Below, in pieces: positions 1-12,684 of a stretch of 64,000 nt of DNA; positions within the stretch are counted from its first letter, which is position 1; every line of letters starts with the position of its first letter. The translations under genes were made by a program, and so were the position numbers. The notes beneath the pieces were generated by a model, which did not search any database, was not told the origin of the DNA, and saw nothing but the letters and a program-made list of their open reading frames with translations. The DNA comes from Cycas panzhihuaensis (taxonomy: Eukaryota > Plantae > Cycadophyta): assembly GCA_023213395.1 (NCBI GenBank), contig CM041465.1:153271741-153335740 (forward strand), given 5' to 3'.

Positions 1-3000
1 GACTGGGTTATGGACACAGGAACTACCTGGCATATGACTTGTCACTGGGACTTCTTTCAGGATTTTGATTCAAAGGTCACCAGAGTAGTACACATGGCCG
101 ATAAGTCGACACAACCTGTTCAAGGCATGGGCTCCATATGCCTGAAGCTCCTAGGCCTACCCAATTTTACTTTAAAACATGTCTTGTATATTCCCCATCT
201 CAAACAAAACCTTTTATGGTTATCCACACTTCTCTCCTGTGGATTCAAATTGAGTGTCACAGCTAATGATCAAGTTCTTAGCGTTATTCACCCGCCTTCA
301 TGTTATGTGGTAATGACTAGGAAACTTGAAGGTAAGATATTTAGACTGACTGGAACCACATTGTCATCTTCTGCATACTAGGGATGTGGTCTTTGCGGAG
401 ATAGAGGATCAACTACTTCAACTTGATTATAAAGCACCATCTCATAGATACAACGATGTCTAGGAATATGATGTACAAATTCCAACATTTGGGGGGGAGA
501 CACTGAAGAAATACTCAAAATTTTAGAATCTGACAATAGAGCCCCAGGGGACACTATCCTTGACTCAGATCTTATGCTAATGTGCACCAATCCAATGCCA
601 TCTTGGGAGAATAGCCAGGAGTCACCACGTTAAGCATCAAAAGGAAAAGGAGTTATAGAAGAACCACCTTCAGTTGTATGGCCGTCTTCTCCAGTAATGT
701 CATCAACCTCCGAACCATACATCTCCCATGATCCTTTTCAGGATCAAAATGAAGACCAGGATGTTGTGGAAATGAAAACATCATTCCCAACCAAAGGTTT
801 TCGAGAAGCCTACCAGTTGCACAAAGACTTGAGATCTGATGAGGTAGGCAAAACTGGCACTTGAAGCGGTGCCTACAGAGCAAGGCAGCAAACATCACTT
901 CCCATAGAGCTTGAACCAACATAACTGCACCTTGCTTCAAATGATGAGCCTCTATCATACCTAGAAATTGTGAAACGCATAGTTTGGAGAAATTCCATGA
1001 ATGAGGAATACCAATCCTTGATCAAGAACGCTACATGGGAGCTCGTTGATCTGCCTTTGGGAAGGAAGGTAGTCAGAAACAAATGGGTGTTCAAAAATAA
1101 ATACAGATCAGATGGCACCCTTGAAAAATACAAGGCGAGGTTGGTCGCAAAAGGATTCACCCAAAGGGAAGGTATCGATTACACAGAAGTCTTCACACCA
1201 ACTACCAACTGACTGACAATCAAAGCACTTGTGGCCTTGGCTACTCAACAAGTTTGGAAAATCCACCAACTCGATGTGAAAACTACTTTTCTCAATGGAG
1301 ATTTGGAAGAACAAATCTACATGACATAGCCTGAAGGCTTTGAGATAGCAGGACAGGAGCAAGAATTGTGTAGAAAGTCACTATATGGCCTTAAACAAGC
1401 CCTCGCGCTTGGTTCACCAAGTTGTCCAACAAAATGAGGCAACTTGGTTATGAGGTATGTGACTATCAAGACATTGATGCAACTTTGTTCATTAAGAGAG
1501 AAAAAGGCAAAGTCACATATCTCCCGATCTTTGTAGATGACATGTTGATAACCGGAAACAATGAGCGGGATATCAACAAATTAAAGATTGACTTGTCAAA
1601 ATCCTTCGAACTATCTGACCTCAAACTAATGAGATATTACTTGGGAATTGAGGTAACTTAATGCAATGGAAAAATCTCTCTCCTAAGAAAAATATATCAG
1701 CGATCTTCTAATCAAGTTCCAATTAGAAGATGCCAAAATAGTGTCTACTCCAATGGAGCTCAATGTCAAACTTTCTGATGAAAACACTCGAGAGCTAGAC
1801 ACAACACTCTATCGACAACTTGTAGGTAGCCTCATTTATGTTGCTAACACAAGGCCGGATATTGGCCATGCCATTGGCATTCTTGACCGTCACATGACAA
1901 CTCCAAAGCAGAACCATTGGCAAGTAGTAATACAAGTGTTGAAGTACCTAAAGATGACCAGCAAACTTGGTTTGTTGTATGAGCACAACAATGATTTCAG
2001 ACTTACAACATACACAGACTCAGATTTTGCTGGTGAGAAAAATACAGGAACATCAACATCCGGGTACATCACATTTTTTGGAACAACTCCAATTTCATGG
2101 CGGTCAAGGCGGCAAAAAATCACTGCAGATTCTCTCTTTGAAGCCAGAATACATAACATACGAGACTAGCAAGGAGGTGATATGGCTTCGCAAATTATTA
2201 CATACTTTAGATATCACCCAGACAGGTCTAACGAGCTTACATGTGGACAATCAATTAGCAATTCGCATGGCTAAGAATCTTGTTTTTCATGATCGTACAA
2301 AGTATATTAGTACAAAAGTCCACAGGATCTAGGAAGTGGTCCATGATGGCACGATACAATTGGAACACTGCCTCACAACAGATCAAGTGGCTGATATCTT
2401 CACCAAACCATTGCAAAAGGTGAAGTTTGAACAGTTCCGACAACAACTTGGCCTCAGAGCCTCCATCTCCAACTGATTGAAGGATATGGTACACAGGACT
2501 AACATACTATATACCATTCGTGAAAACCCCTTGTGGGCACGGAAGGATTAGAGTAAGTCTCTGCTCTCTCCCATTCGTGAAAACCCCTCATGGGCGTGAA
2601 AGGAGTTGGGTTGTACTTGTTTCAAAAATCAGAACCTATGAAAACCTGAAAGGGCATGGGGGATGACGAAACGGTATATGGAGACTCAGCAGATTGAAGT
2701 TGTACAACCAACTTGTACTGTTTAGCTATCTGGCTACACTCAAAGAGTCGCCTGAGCTACTTCATAGAACAGGAAGTCAAGTCTATGGGTTTTTATTCAC
2801 CTGAGGGTTTTCCCACAAAAGTGTCTTGTAGGTTATAGAATTTTTTTTCTCAATGTAATGATGAGGCTAAAATGAAGACCCCATAGATTAGAATAGGATA
2901 AAGGAAAATGACCTTCTGCCATTAAGGGGGGATTATGACGATGTTAATGTCACATGATCATTTCATAAAGTTAGAATTAGATAAAGTCACTTTTATGTTT

Positions 3001-3298
3001 ATAACTTTAGGATAAGGTGACTATGCTTAAGTCACTTAAGTGAAATGACATAAAGTTCATTTCATTGTAATTTCATGTAATCTCATTTGAATTTCATTGG
3101 GAGGGAAAACTCAAATTCCAAACCCTAATGAGCATTCTCATTATATAAGTTGAAATTACATGGAGAGTGATCATATTCTACACTTCTCCTCATTGAGCTC
3201 AAGCTATTAGCATTTCTCTTATTGAGTACATTGTGCTTGTCTCCACTATTTGCCATTGTGTAGTGTTAGTGCACTAGATCCCTAGATCCATTCCCTCA
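1..3298 (+). mobile_element. Ty1/copia LTR retrotransposon, 3' part (protease, integrase core deleted, RT, RNase H, PPT, 3' LTR), decayed
   Basis: Protease motif DTGTTWHMT (10-40); RT motifs KARLVAKGFTQREGIDY, FVDDMLITG; RNase H YTDSDFAG and DQVADIFTKPL; PPT aagggggga at ~2924-2932; stops and frameshifts throughout. Confidence 0.93.
2934..3298 (+). repeat. 3' LTR of the copia element
   Basis: Starts just after the PPT (tatgacg, TG decayed), contains a TATA (ttatataag ~3142), ends ...ttccctca; termini resemble the LTR at 60007-60300. Confidence 0.75.
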
Positions 3299-4139
3299 AT
3301 AGTAGGCACTGGTTTGCAGTCATGCATCCTGAACTGCTACAAAATGTCCCAAGAATATTTCACTTGGGAGATGAAGATATAGCCTGGCTGTTTCCATACC
3401 TCAAAGCCTAGAAAATAATGTAGAAGTCCAAGATCTGTCATCTCAAAACTTCTTTACAAATCACCTTAGAGAATCCGTACCATCTTAGTGTCATTACCAG
3501 TGATCACTAAGTCATCCATGTACAAAACAATAAAGATAGCATGATCTTCTTACAAGAGGAAATCAGAATTGAGAGAACAAGTCTTCTTCTGCTTTGATAC
3601 CAAATGTTGAAAATGGCTTTAAGCCTACAATTCCCAAGATCTAGAAGATCGATCCTCTCTAGTTCTAGAAAGCAAGAGATCAAAGCTAACAATGAAAATG
3701 AGATTCAAATAAACAAGATCAAAGCATATAGATGATACCAAATGGGAGGAGATGGAATTGGTCCAATCTCCAAATGAATATCAGTTTGATTAGCAAATTG
3801 GTAGCACAACAATACAACTCAAACTCTATATGAGAAACATGAGAAGTGGTCTCAATATATAGTGATAGAAGAGACTTAAGCCATTGGATATTTGACAAGT
3901 GTCAAACATCCAGGCTACATGCCTTGCATGTAGGACATATGTCCTTTTGGGCTATCAATTGAGCAAAAGTGCATGAGGGTCATTTGACCCTTAAGTGACA
4001 ATGTTATGTCACTAGGAAAGAATATGGGTATGCACTTTATTACTTAAGTGATAAGTCACCCCTTAAAGTACAAAAGTACAAATAATACATGAAAAATAAA
4101 GTACATATACTTAATATGTAAACATAAGGTTTAATAACA
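3299..4139 (-). mobile_element. Internally deleted copia element: 5' LTR (3605-4139), PBS (3591-3602) and RT fragment
   Basis: Minus strand TGTTATT...TTCAACA then tggtatcaaagc; minus translation of 3545-3300 gives IVLYMDDLVITGND...FEMTDLGLLHYF...DCKPVPT; LTR homologous to 10255-10818. Confidence 0.88.
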
Positions 4140-7100
4140 TATACCCTACCCGATCAAGAGCAAGTCTTAATAACATCTCTCCATCTATGTGGCAAGGCAC
4201 TTCAATGGTTCCATTGGTGGAAAAGAACGTTCAGGGAGGCAATGAGAAGTGATTGGCATTTCTTAAAAGCAAGCCTTATCGAGTAATACAAGGACACCTA
4301 GAACACTGATTGCTTTTTGTAACTCACTTGGTTACATAGGCGGGTTTAGTTCAAGCCTACACAGAACAATTCCAAGCCTTACAGAGTTTAGTCACATAGA
4401 ACATACCAAGGGAACTCATTACACAAACTTACATCAGAGGACTTAGGAGTAATATCAAATATCGAATAAAAACAATGGGAGTTGCAAATGTAAGGGAAGC
4501 TATTTGGATGGCCCGAAACATTAAAGCAGAGTATAGAGATAACCAACCCACTTATAGTCGATGAAGCAAGCCCAGTTCTAGTTTCCAACCTAATTGGAAC
4601 AAGTCAAGAACAAAGATGGATCCACTGCTGGCAGAAAAGAGTGATAGTGACACAAATCGAGCAACAAGAGAAGAACATTTAAAACAAGGAACATGTTTTA
4701 AATGCAGAGGAAAATGGAATAAGGATCATCAATGTCCATCCAAGAAATTATTTATGATCAATAATGAAAACATGACTGTTCCAAAAGAAGACCAAGAAGA
4801 AGAAGGAAAACTTCTAGAAGAAAATGATACAACTAAAATGGAAGAGCTCCTGGATATGGACATGGAGAATGTACAGATTTCCTTTCAAGCTATTATGGGA
4901 TAGAGTAACACTCTTCAAACCCTATGTTTCGAGGGGATGATTAAGGGAGCTCCTATTGCCATTCTAGTTGATAGTTGGAGCACCCACAACTTTATCAATA
5001 GACTGACTGCAGAGAAATTGGGGATACCTATCGAAGCACTTAATGCTTTCTAGGTCGCCATTGCTAAAAGGAAGATGATGAGATGTGGAGGATATTGTCA
5101 AAAGGTGAATCTCCAAATCGAAGACTATTCAATGACCACCTACATGTTTGCAATGCCAATAGGAGGAGTGGATGCTATATTAGGAGTGTAATGGCTACAA
5201 ACCTTGGGAAACATAGTCATGAATTACAAGACTCGATTTATGAGTTTTTGCCAAAAAGGGCATAGATATACACTGTAGGCTTCCCACACACCCCAACCCA
5301 ATTAGTGACATATCACTGCATGGAGAAAATCTTAAAGAAGAACCCATTTGCATACATAATGATCTCTTACAAGATCATGATGGAAGATGTGCTAGAAGAA
5401 GTACAGGAAATCATAGATCAATATAGTTTGATGTGTAAGGAACTACGACTACGATTATCCCTAGATCGGGGATGCCATCACACCATTAAATTAATACTAA
5501 GAGCCGCCTCAGTGAATATTCGCCCCTATCGCCATCCCTACCAACTAAAAAGGGAAATCGAATAGATAACCAAGGAACTTCTATAACAAGAATACATTGC
5601 AAATAACACTAGCTCATTCGCATTGCTAGTCAAATTAAATCATAAGAAGGATAGCTCTTACCACATGTCTCGACTATCAGGGATTAAATAAGCTGATTAT
5701 CAAAAATTGCTATCGCATTCCCCAATTAGATGATTTGCTAGACAAAATACATGAAGCGGGGTATTTTTCAAAAATTGACCTACAATGGAGATATTATCAT
5801 ATTCGAATCAAAGAGGAAGATATACACAAAATGATTTTTTACACTCATGAAGGATTATTTGAATTTCAAGTTATACCGTTTGGTTTAACTAATGCTTCGA
5901 CAACTTTTCAAAGTACAATGAATACCATACTCAAACCTTTCTTACGGAAGTTTGTGCTATTTTTTTATGATGATATCCTAATTTATAGTTCAACATGGGT
6001 AGAATATTTGGAGCATATCAAAATGGTTTTGCAAGTCCTGAGAAGCAACCAATTCTTTGCTAATAAGAACAAATGCACCTTCGAAAAAGACGAGCTATAA
6101 CACTTGGGACATATTATTACCCTAGAAGGTATTAAAATAGATCCCAAGGAGGTTCAAGCCATCATCAATTGGCCTACTCCCAAGAATGTAATTGGAGTAA
6201 GGAGCTTTTAAGGGGCAATAGGTTTTCTCTAAAAGTTTATTAAGGGATACATTTAGATAGCATCTCCTCTAATGAACCTCGCAAAGAAGGGTGCTTTCAC
6301 ATGGAATCCCTTAATAGAAAATGCATTTCAAGAACTAAAGAGGGGCATGATCATAACACCCATCCTCATAACTCTAGATTTCTCCTAACCCTTCACCTTA
6401 GAATGTGATGCATCATGGATCGGAGTAGGAGCTATTCTTCTCCAGAATGATCGACCGTTAGCATGCGAAAGCCGAAAATTAAATTATAGAGAGAAACTAA
6501 AGCCTATTTATGATAAAGAGATGCTCGCTATCATGTGCTTTATACACCAATGGTGCTAATACCTGCTAGGAAATAAATTTGTGGTCAAAACAAACCATGC
6601 TAGCCTCAAATATTTCCTCAATCAAAAGATGTTATCTGATGAACAACAAAAAGGGGTAAGCAAACTTCAATCATTTAGTTTTAGCATTTCGTACAAAAAA
6701 GCGAAAGAAAATGTTATTGTAGATACTTTATCATGATTGCTCGAAGACAACAACCGAGACATCTAACAATAACAACCACCCCAAGTTGGACTAAAGAATT
6801 GGTGTAAGAGTATGAGAATGACCCCCCCCATAAAAGGTGCTAAAAAAGTTTCTAGACTAGGAGTCTACGAAATACGAATTACAAGGAGATCTAATTTTAC
6901 AGAAAGGAAAGATATTTGTTTCGACCACATCAAAATTGATATTAGAAGAAGCCCATTCCATTCCAACTGCAAGTCACACAGGAATCGACAAGACTTATTG
7001 CAAAATACTGAGTTCCTTCCTCAGGTAGGGGATGAAAGTTGATGATTTTAAATTTGTATCAAAGTGTGACTCTTGCCAGAGTCATAAAAGTGAAAACATT

Positions 7101-8712
7101 AAAAGCCTAGGTTTACTCCAACCATTGCACATCCCACCATATAAATGGGAAGAAATTTCAATGGACTTTATCATGGGCCTACCAAAGTTTGAAGTTAAAG
7201 ATGTTATTCTTGTGATTGTCAACCGACTAATAAAATATGCCAATTTCAGAGGATTATAATCGATTGTAAAGGCTAGCCAAGTCACAAAGATCTTCATGAA
7301 GGAGATACACTATCTACATGGTCTTTCCAAAGTCATAGTTAGTGACCATGATCCAAAGTTCACTAGTCATTTTTAGCAAGATCTATGTAAATTAGCAAGT
7401 ACAAAATTATCCATGAGCATGGCCTATCACCCGTAAAATGATGGGCAAACAAAAGTTGTAAACAAGTGTTTGGAGGGGTACCTATGGAATTTTACCTCAG
7501 ACAAACAATAATTATGGCATAAATGGCTACACTTGGCAAAATGATGGTTTAATACCACATACCATATAGCAGCCAAAATGACTCCTTTTCAAGCACTCTA
7601 TGGATTCAAACCTCCATTAACGCTCACATGAACCAAGGCTTCTTGAGTACAAAAAGTCTGAGAACAATAAGAATAGATGGAACGAACAATCTAGATACTA
7701 AAGGATAATCTAAACATGGCAAGGAATTAGATGAAGCAACAAGCAGATATGCACAGATCAAAAAGGACATTTTCAATAGGTGATTCAGTTTTCTTAAGAT
7801 TACAGCCATATAAGCAATCAATTATGAAACAGACAAATAAGCAAAATTGGCCCTTCTATTCTTTGGACTTTCGAGTCATTAATAAATTGGGAGAAGGAGC
7901 ATACAAGTTGGCCCTACCACTGGTTAGCTGAATCCATGATGTTTTTCATGTATCATGTCTTAAAAAAAGCTTGGGGAAATTATCACTCCTCAAACAAAAA
8001 CTCTAAAACTAGACAAAGAAGGGAAGATCCTTATTGAACCAGAGGGGATTGTTCAGATCCGAACCAAAGAATTACATTCCATAGAGATCAAAGAATATTT
8101 TACAAAATGGAAAACTTTGGATTACTAAGATGCGACTTGGGAGTTGGAAGCATGGTATCGACTGCACCCAGATTTACCCACACTTTGACAACAAAGCATG
8201 TTTTCAGGGGGAGGGACTTATAACATTCCATCCTTCTGACTTCTAAAGGATCTGTGGCTGACTTCAAATGTGCAGAAGTAATAATACTTTCTGGCTAACT
8301 TTATAATAAATTCTGGCTGACTTTGAAAGTATGTTCTAGCCAACTTATATTCCTTGTTCTAGCCAACTTATATCTTCTATTCTGGCTGAGTTTCATAAAT
8401 GCATTTTGAGCTGCTATATAAGGAGATTTTCGACTCATTCCTAGGAAATTTAAAGACTTTTGGGCTATTGTATTTTTGGCCTAGAATGCTACATTTTGGA
8501 GGGCACCTCACTTCAAAGAGGAAAGACTTGGATAAACGTCTTATCTGTAAGTTTTATACATTATATTTTATTGTATATTACTTGATATTTAATCTATTCT
8601 ATATATTTATATACAAGAACTTTCAGTCAATTGTATGCATTCTTTCCATACTTTAGCAATACTTCTATGCTAGTTAGTCATTTGTCTGTGTAAATTCCCA
8701 GGGCTCGCCTCA
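4140..8712 (+). mobile_element. Ty3/gypsy chromovirus (Reina-like) remnant: gag-PR-RT-RH-INT-chromodomain, PPT, 3' LTR (8219-8712)
   Basis: CFKC..KWNKDHQC knuckle, ILVDSWSTHNF, PFGLTNA/FYDDILIYS, ECDAS, WEEISMDFI, VFLRLQPYKQS, chromodomain EPEGI...EYFTKWK...DATWE (~8035-8145); PPT agggggaggga 8206-8216. Confidence 0.92.
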
Positions 8713-9605
8713 AAGAGAATATGAAGTTGGTTTTTTTAGAGAGATTAAAATAAGCGTAGGTTAGGGCTATAAATAAGGGAGCATCATTCATTCGTAATCA
8801 TCTTGGAGAATTTATATCTTATTTGGAATGATGGCCTAGGGAAAATAGGGCACTGTTGTGCCATTGGGAGGAAACCCTTGCCTAGAAGAGAGCTATTATT
8901 CTGAGCTTTCATAAGATATTATTCTTATTTTCCATTGAAATTCTAATATTATTTATGTGAGAGCTATTTTCTGATGATATTTATGATGGAATTGCTATAT
9001 TTTTTATTATATAATTTGTGGGCACGCTACACTTCACCTCGAAAGAGAGTTTTCGATGAAGAGATGTTGCCCTCCACATTGTTGTGGAGTGTAGCACCAA
9101 GAGAAAAATGCTCATTAACCCCTTCTCATCTCTCAACCAGTAAGAGAACCAAGAGACAATGCACATGAGACCTGTATGCATTATATGGGATAAACTTAGC
9201 CCCAAAGCTCTCAGAAAATAGCTCCAATGTAGAAAATACTAATGAAAGTTAGAACCTAGCTAGCATTGATGGGCTTAAACACCACAAAGGTCTTGTGTAA
9301 TGGACCCACACCCCACAAGGATTCATAGACAAAATGGATTAGAGATAAAAAGACCAAAGTCACTAAAGGGAAAGTTGCCAAACCCATGGAATCCTCCAAA
9401 CCCCATGAATTCTTCCAATACAAACACTCTCCAATACTCCTCACCTCCCAATGGGCATCCTAGGGACCTGGGAGAACACTTGTAGGAAAGATCCATTAAG
9501 AAGCAAGAGGTAAGAGAATTGAGCTATCCTCAACCTTCTCCCACATGCTTGCAACCCAACTTCCCTCCATCCCTTTGATCCTATGATCAATATTTCATCC
9601 TAACA
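8713..9605 (+). repeat. Probable partial or solo LTR of another element
   Basis: ggctataaataaggg TATA near 8765 and an LTR-like end ...catcctaaca at ~9605; no partner copy in the window. Confidence 0.35.
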
Positions 9606-10254
9606 CAGTACTTTACATATATCAACATAAATATTCATAAGATCACACCATGTTCATGTAAATAAATAAACCATGGTATTTCCTTAATAAGTGTATAATA
9701 TTATTCCATAAATGAAGGTACAAACAACCCGAAAACATGCTTAAAATTTAAGCTAAAAACAACCACAATTACATCTATCTTTTTTATACAACAACCATAA
9801 ATAAACGCATAAGACTAAGTCCAAATTACCATAAAACCACTTAAATAAATAGGTAAAACCAGGGGGTTTAGTAGGTTAACATAACAAAAAATTTAAAGAA
9901 TTATTATCCATTAAACCCCTAGTATTGTGCGACCTACAACAAACCTTAAGACTTAGTCATACAACTCATGAACACTCGTAGTGTGCAGATGGCCTACACG
10001 TGCCTATAGAAACCTTAGGTCCTACAATCTACATATAGGCCCTAAGCTAATTATATGGCCTTCATATGCCTTCACAAAGCAATTATATGCCCTCCATACA
10101 TATACCATGTAGTGCTAACCATACAACCCTTTAAAACCCTAGTTGCATGGCTTTATTAAATGTAAAAAATGCAACAAACATGAGGAGTCACACCTTCTTG
10201 GATGTTCTAGTGTAATCCATTGCATAAATGTGTATAGTCCTCCTATGAGGTTCT

Positions 10255-11384
10255 TGTTGTTAAACCTTATGTTTACATGTTAAGCCTATGTACTTTATTA
10301 TTCATGTACTATTTATACCTTTGTACTTTTATTCTTTTGTACTTTAGTGACTTATCACTTAAGTGATAAAGTACACACTCACATTCTTTCCTAGTGACAC
10401 AACATTGTCACTAAAGGGTCAAATGGACCCCCATGCACTTTCTCTCACTTGAGAGCCCTAAAGGACACTTCTCCTATATCCAAGGCATGTACATTGGATG
10501 TTTGACACTTGTCAAACATATAATACCTTAGGTCTCTCCTTTCACTCTATATATTGAGACCTCTCCTCATTGTTCTCATATAGAGTTAGAGCTTCATTAA
10601 TATGCTGCTAGTTTGCTAATCAAACTACTATTCATTTGGAGGTTGGACCAATTCCAACTCTTCATCTTTGGTATCATTTTGCTCTTTCTCTTCATGCTTG
10701 ATCTTGCTCATGTTTGATCTCATAGCTTCATTCTTAGTCTAGTATTTTTGCTTTCTAGAACTAGAGTGAACATAGCTTTTAGATCTTGGGATTGTAAGGC
10801 CATTTGGCCATTTTCACATTTGGTATCAGAGCTAGAGGAGACTAGTTCCTCCTGCTCGATTTTTTTCCTTGCTCATTGGAGATTTAAAGTGGGTTTTTAC
10901 ACCCCCTTGGTGACGACCTTCGCTCTTCGAAGGTGATCCAAGGATTATTGAAGCTTATTTCTACAGATCAAGACTATTCTAAAGTATTTTTGAAGGTTGG
11001 AAGTGGTTGCACTCTAATTTAAGACATTTTTTTAGAGGTTTCAAACGAGTTTTACTCACGTTTTATGTGTCTTTTACACTAAAGACTGAATATTCTGGTT
11101 ATTTTTTCTTACAAATCAAGGCGCAGGGTATTCTGAAGAATTTTAAAGCTCACTAACTAAGATTAATGTGAGCTACTAACTCTCTGTTGGCTGTCAAGTA
11201 TTTCTGGGTTGATTTCAGCCCTCAAACCCTATAGGGAAAGCTAAATCTGCTCGTGTGTGCTTATTGGAGCCTCCTACTCATCGGGAAAGACCTGCACACA
11301 CCGTTACTGGACCCCATGAACATTTTGCAAGCAATGGAAGAGAGTTGCAGCTGTTGTTTTGACTGTGGAGACACCACTGACCTG
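10255..11384 (+). mobile_element. Copia-family 5' LTR (10255-10818), PBS (10821-10832) and truncated leader
   Basis: TGTTGTT...TTTCACA followed by TGGTATCAGAGC; LTR is an inverted homologue of 3605-4139. Confidence 0.88.
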
Positions 11385-11690
11385 TGTTAACGAACCGTCA
11401 CACCAAAACCCTGAGGTATTAGTGAAGAGGGCCCCCACCAAGTAGACCATTACCTTCCCCCAGGTCAAATGGGCTAGCCCTGCCTAGCCCCGCTTTCATT
11501 GGTGTTCATGTGCCCCACAGGCCTTGGCTATGATGACAGTTTGCGCATCGGCGACGTTTAGTGTGTAACCCCACCGCCCCCATAAGCAGTGTTACCCCCA
11601 CGGGATTTGAACTTGGGTCTTGGCTCTGATACCACTTGTAACAAACCATTACACCAAAACCTTGAGGTGTTAGTGAAGAGGGCACCCCAT
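11385..11690 (-). mobile_element. TRIM-like miniature LTR element (short LTRs, Met PBS); 5' LTR truncated
   Basis: Direct repeat tgt(t)aac-aacc-t-acaccaaaacc-tgaggt-ttagtgaagagggc at 11385 and 11637; gctctgatacca at 11623-11634; purine tract on the minus strand at 11569-11581. Confidence 0.75.
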
Positions 11691-11694
11691 GTAG

Positions 11695-12684
11695 TGATCT
11701 AATTCTACTTTTATAGTAATTTTCCTCAAAAATACAAGTAATAATCCACAAAAACAATAACTAGATGCTATTCAACAAGAAAAATGAACAATGAACAAGA
11801 ATTACAGAATCCACGGAAGTAAATAATAGTCTTTATTGTTAAATAATACCAAAATAGAGCAAAAGTTCAACAAAGTACCTGTCTTTCCTGAAGACGTGAG
11901 CTTCCCTCTTCGAGGTGAGGAACCCTTCGAACTGCAGCACCCAAATGGGCGAGCTAATTGCAGCCTTAGAACCAAAAATGCGTGACCAAGGAACCTCTGA
12001 CAATGATGAAATGAGGCCAAAAATCCTCCTTAAATAGGCAGCCAAATGATAGTAATAGAAGTCGGCCAGACTGGGTAATATTCTTCTTAAAACTGCTCAA
12101 ATAGATGTCGGCCAGAACTTCTCCAAAAACTAGCAGGCTAACTTTAAATGGCCATAACTTTTGATTAAGATGTCAGAATTGACTTTCGTCTGAACCGTTG
12201 GAATCCTTGTTCAGAGGCCTTCAATTTGAATGGTTACATGGCATAGTTTTAACTAGATTTTGGAATGCTACAATTCCCTCCCCTTAAAAACATGCTTTGC
12301 CCTCAAAGCATTAGTAAGGGCCTATTTTTCTTCATCCATTCTTCAAACTCCTACGTTGCATCTTTAAGCTCCAATGTCTTCCATTTGATGAGATATTCTT
12401 TCATTATCCTAGATCGCAAATTCTTGTCCCTAGTCTTCAATATTCCCTTAGGTTCCATTATCATCATTCCTTCTTCATCCAATGGTGGTAAATTCGTTTG
12501 TGGAGCCTCCATTTTGCCCAACTTTTTCTTTAAACAAGACACATGGAAGATATTACAGATTTTACTTTCTGGTGGCAATTTTAACTGATCTATTGCCTGT
12601 TCCAATCCTCTTTTTAGTGGTCGTCCTTGGGGTTCTTCAAGAACTCCTTGATGTTCTTCTAAGATTGCCTGAATCTATGGAGTC
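11695..12684 (-). mobile_element. Reina-like chromovirus 3' end: pre-RT linker fused to INT C-terminus/chromodomain, PPT, 3' LTR (11695-12272)
   Basis: LKLPPESKICNIFHVSCLKK...EYLIKWK...DAT; aaagcatgtttttaaggggagggaatTGTAGCATTCC closely matches the 8190-8230 junction. Confidence 0.85.

Noticed and set aside
2655-2680. ggatgacgaaac resembling a hammerhead ribozyme core
   Set aside because: No CUGANGA, no helix II and no closing helices found
11385-11690. Cassandra element
   Set aside because: No 5S rRNA-like sequence in the LTR
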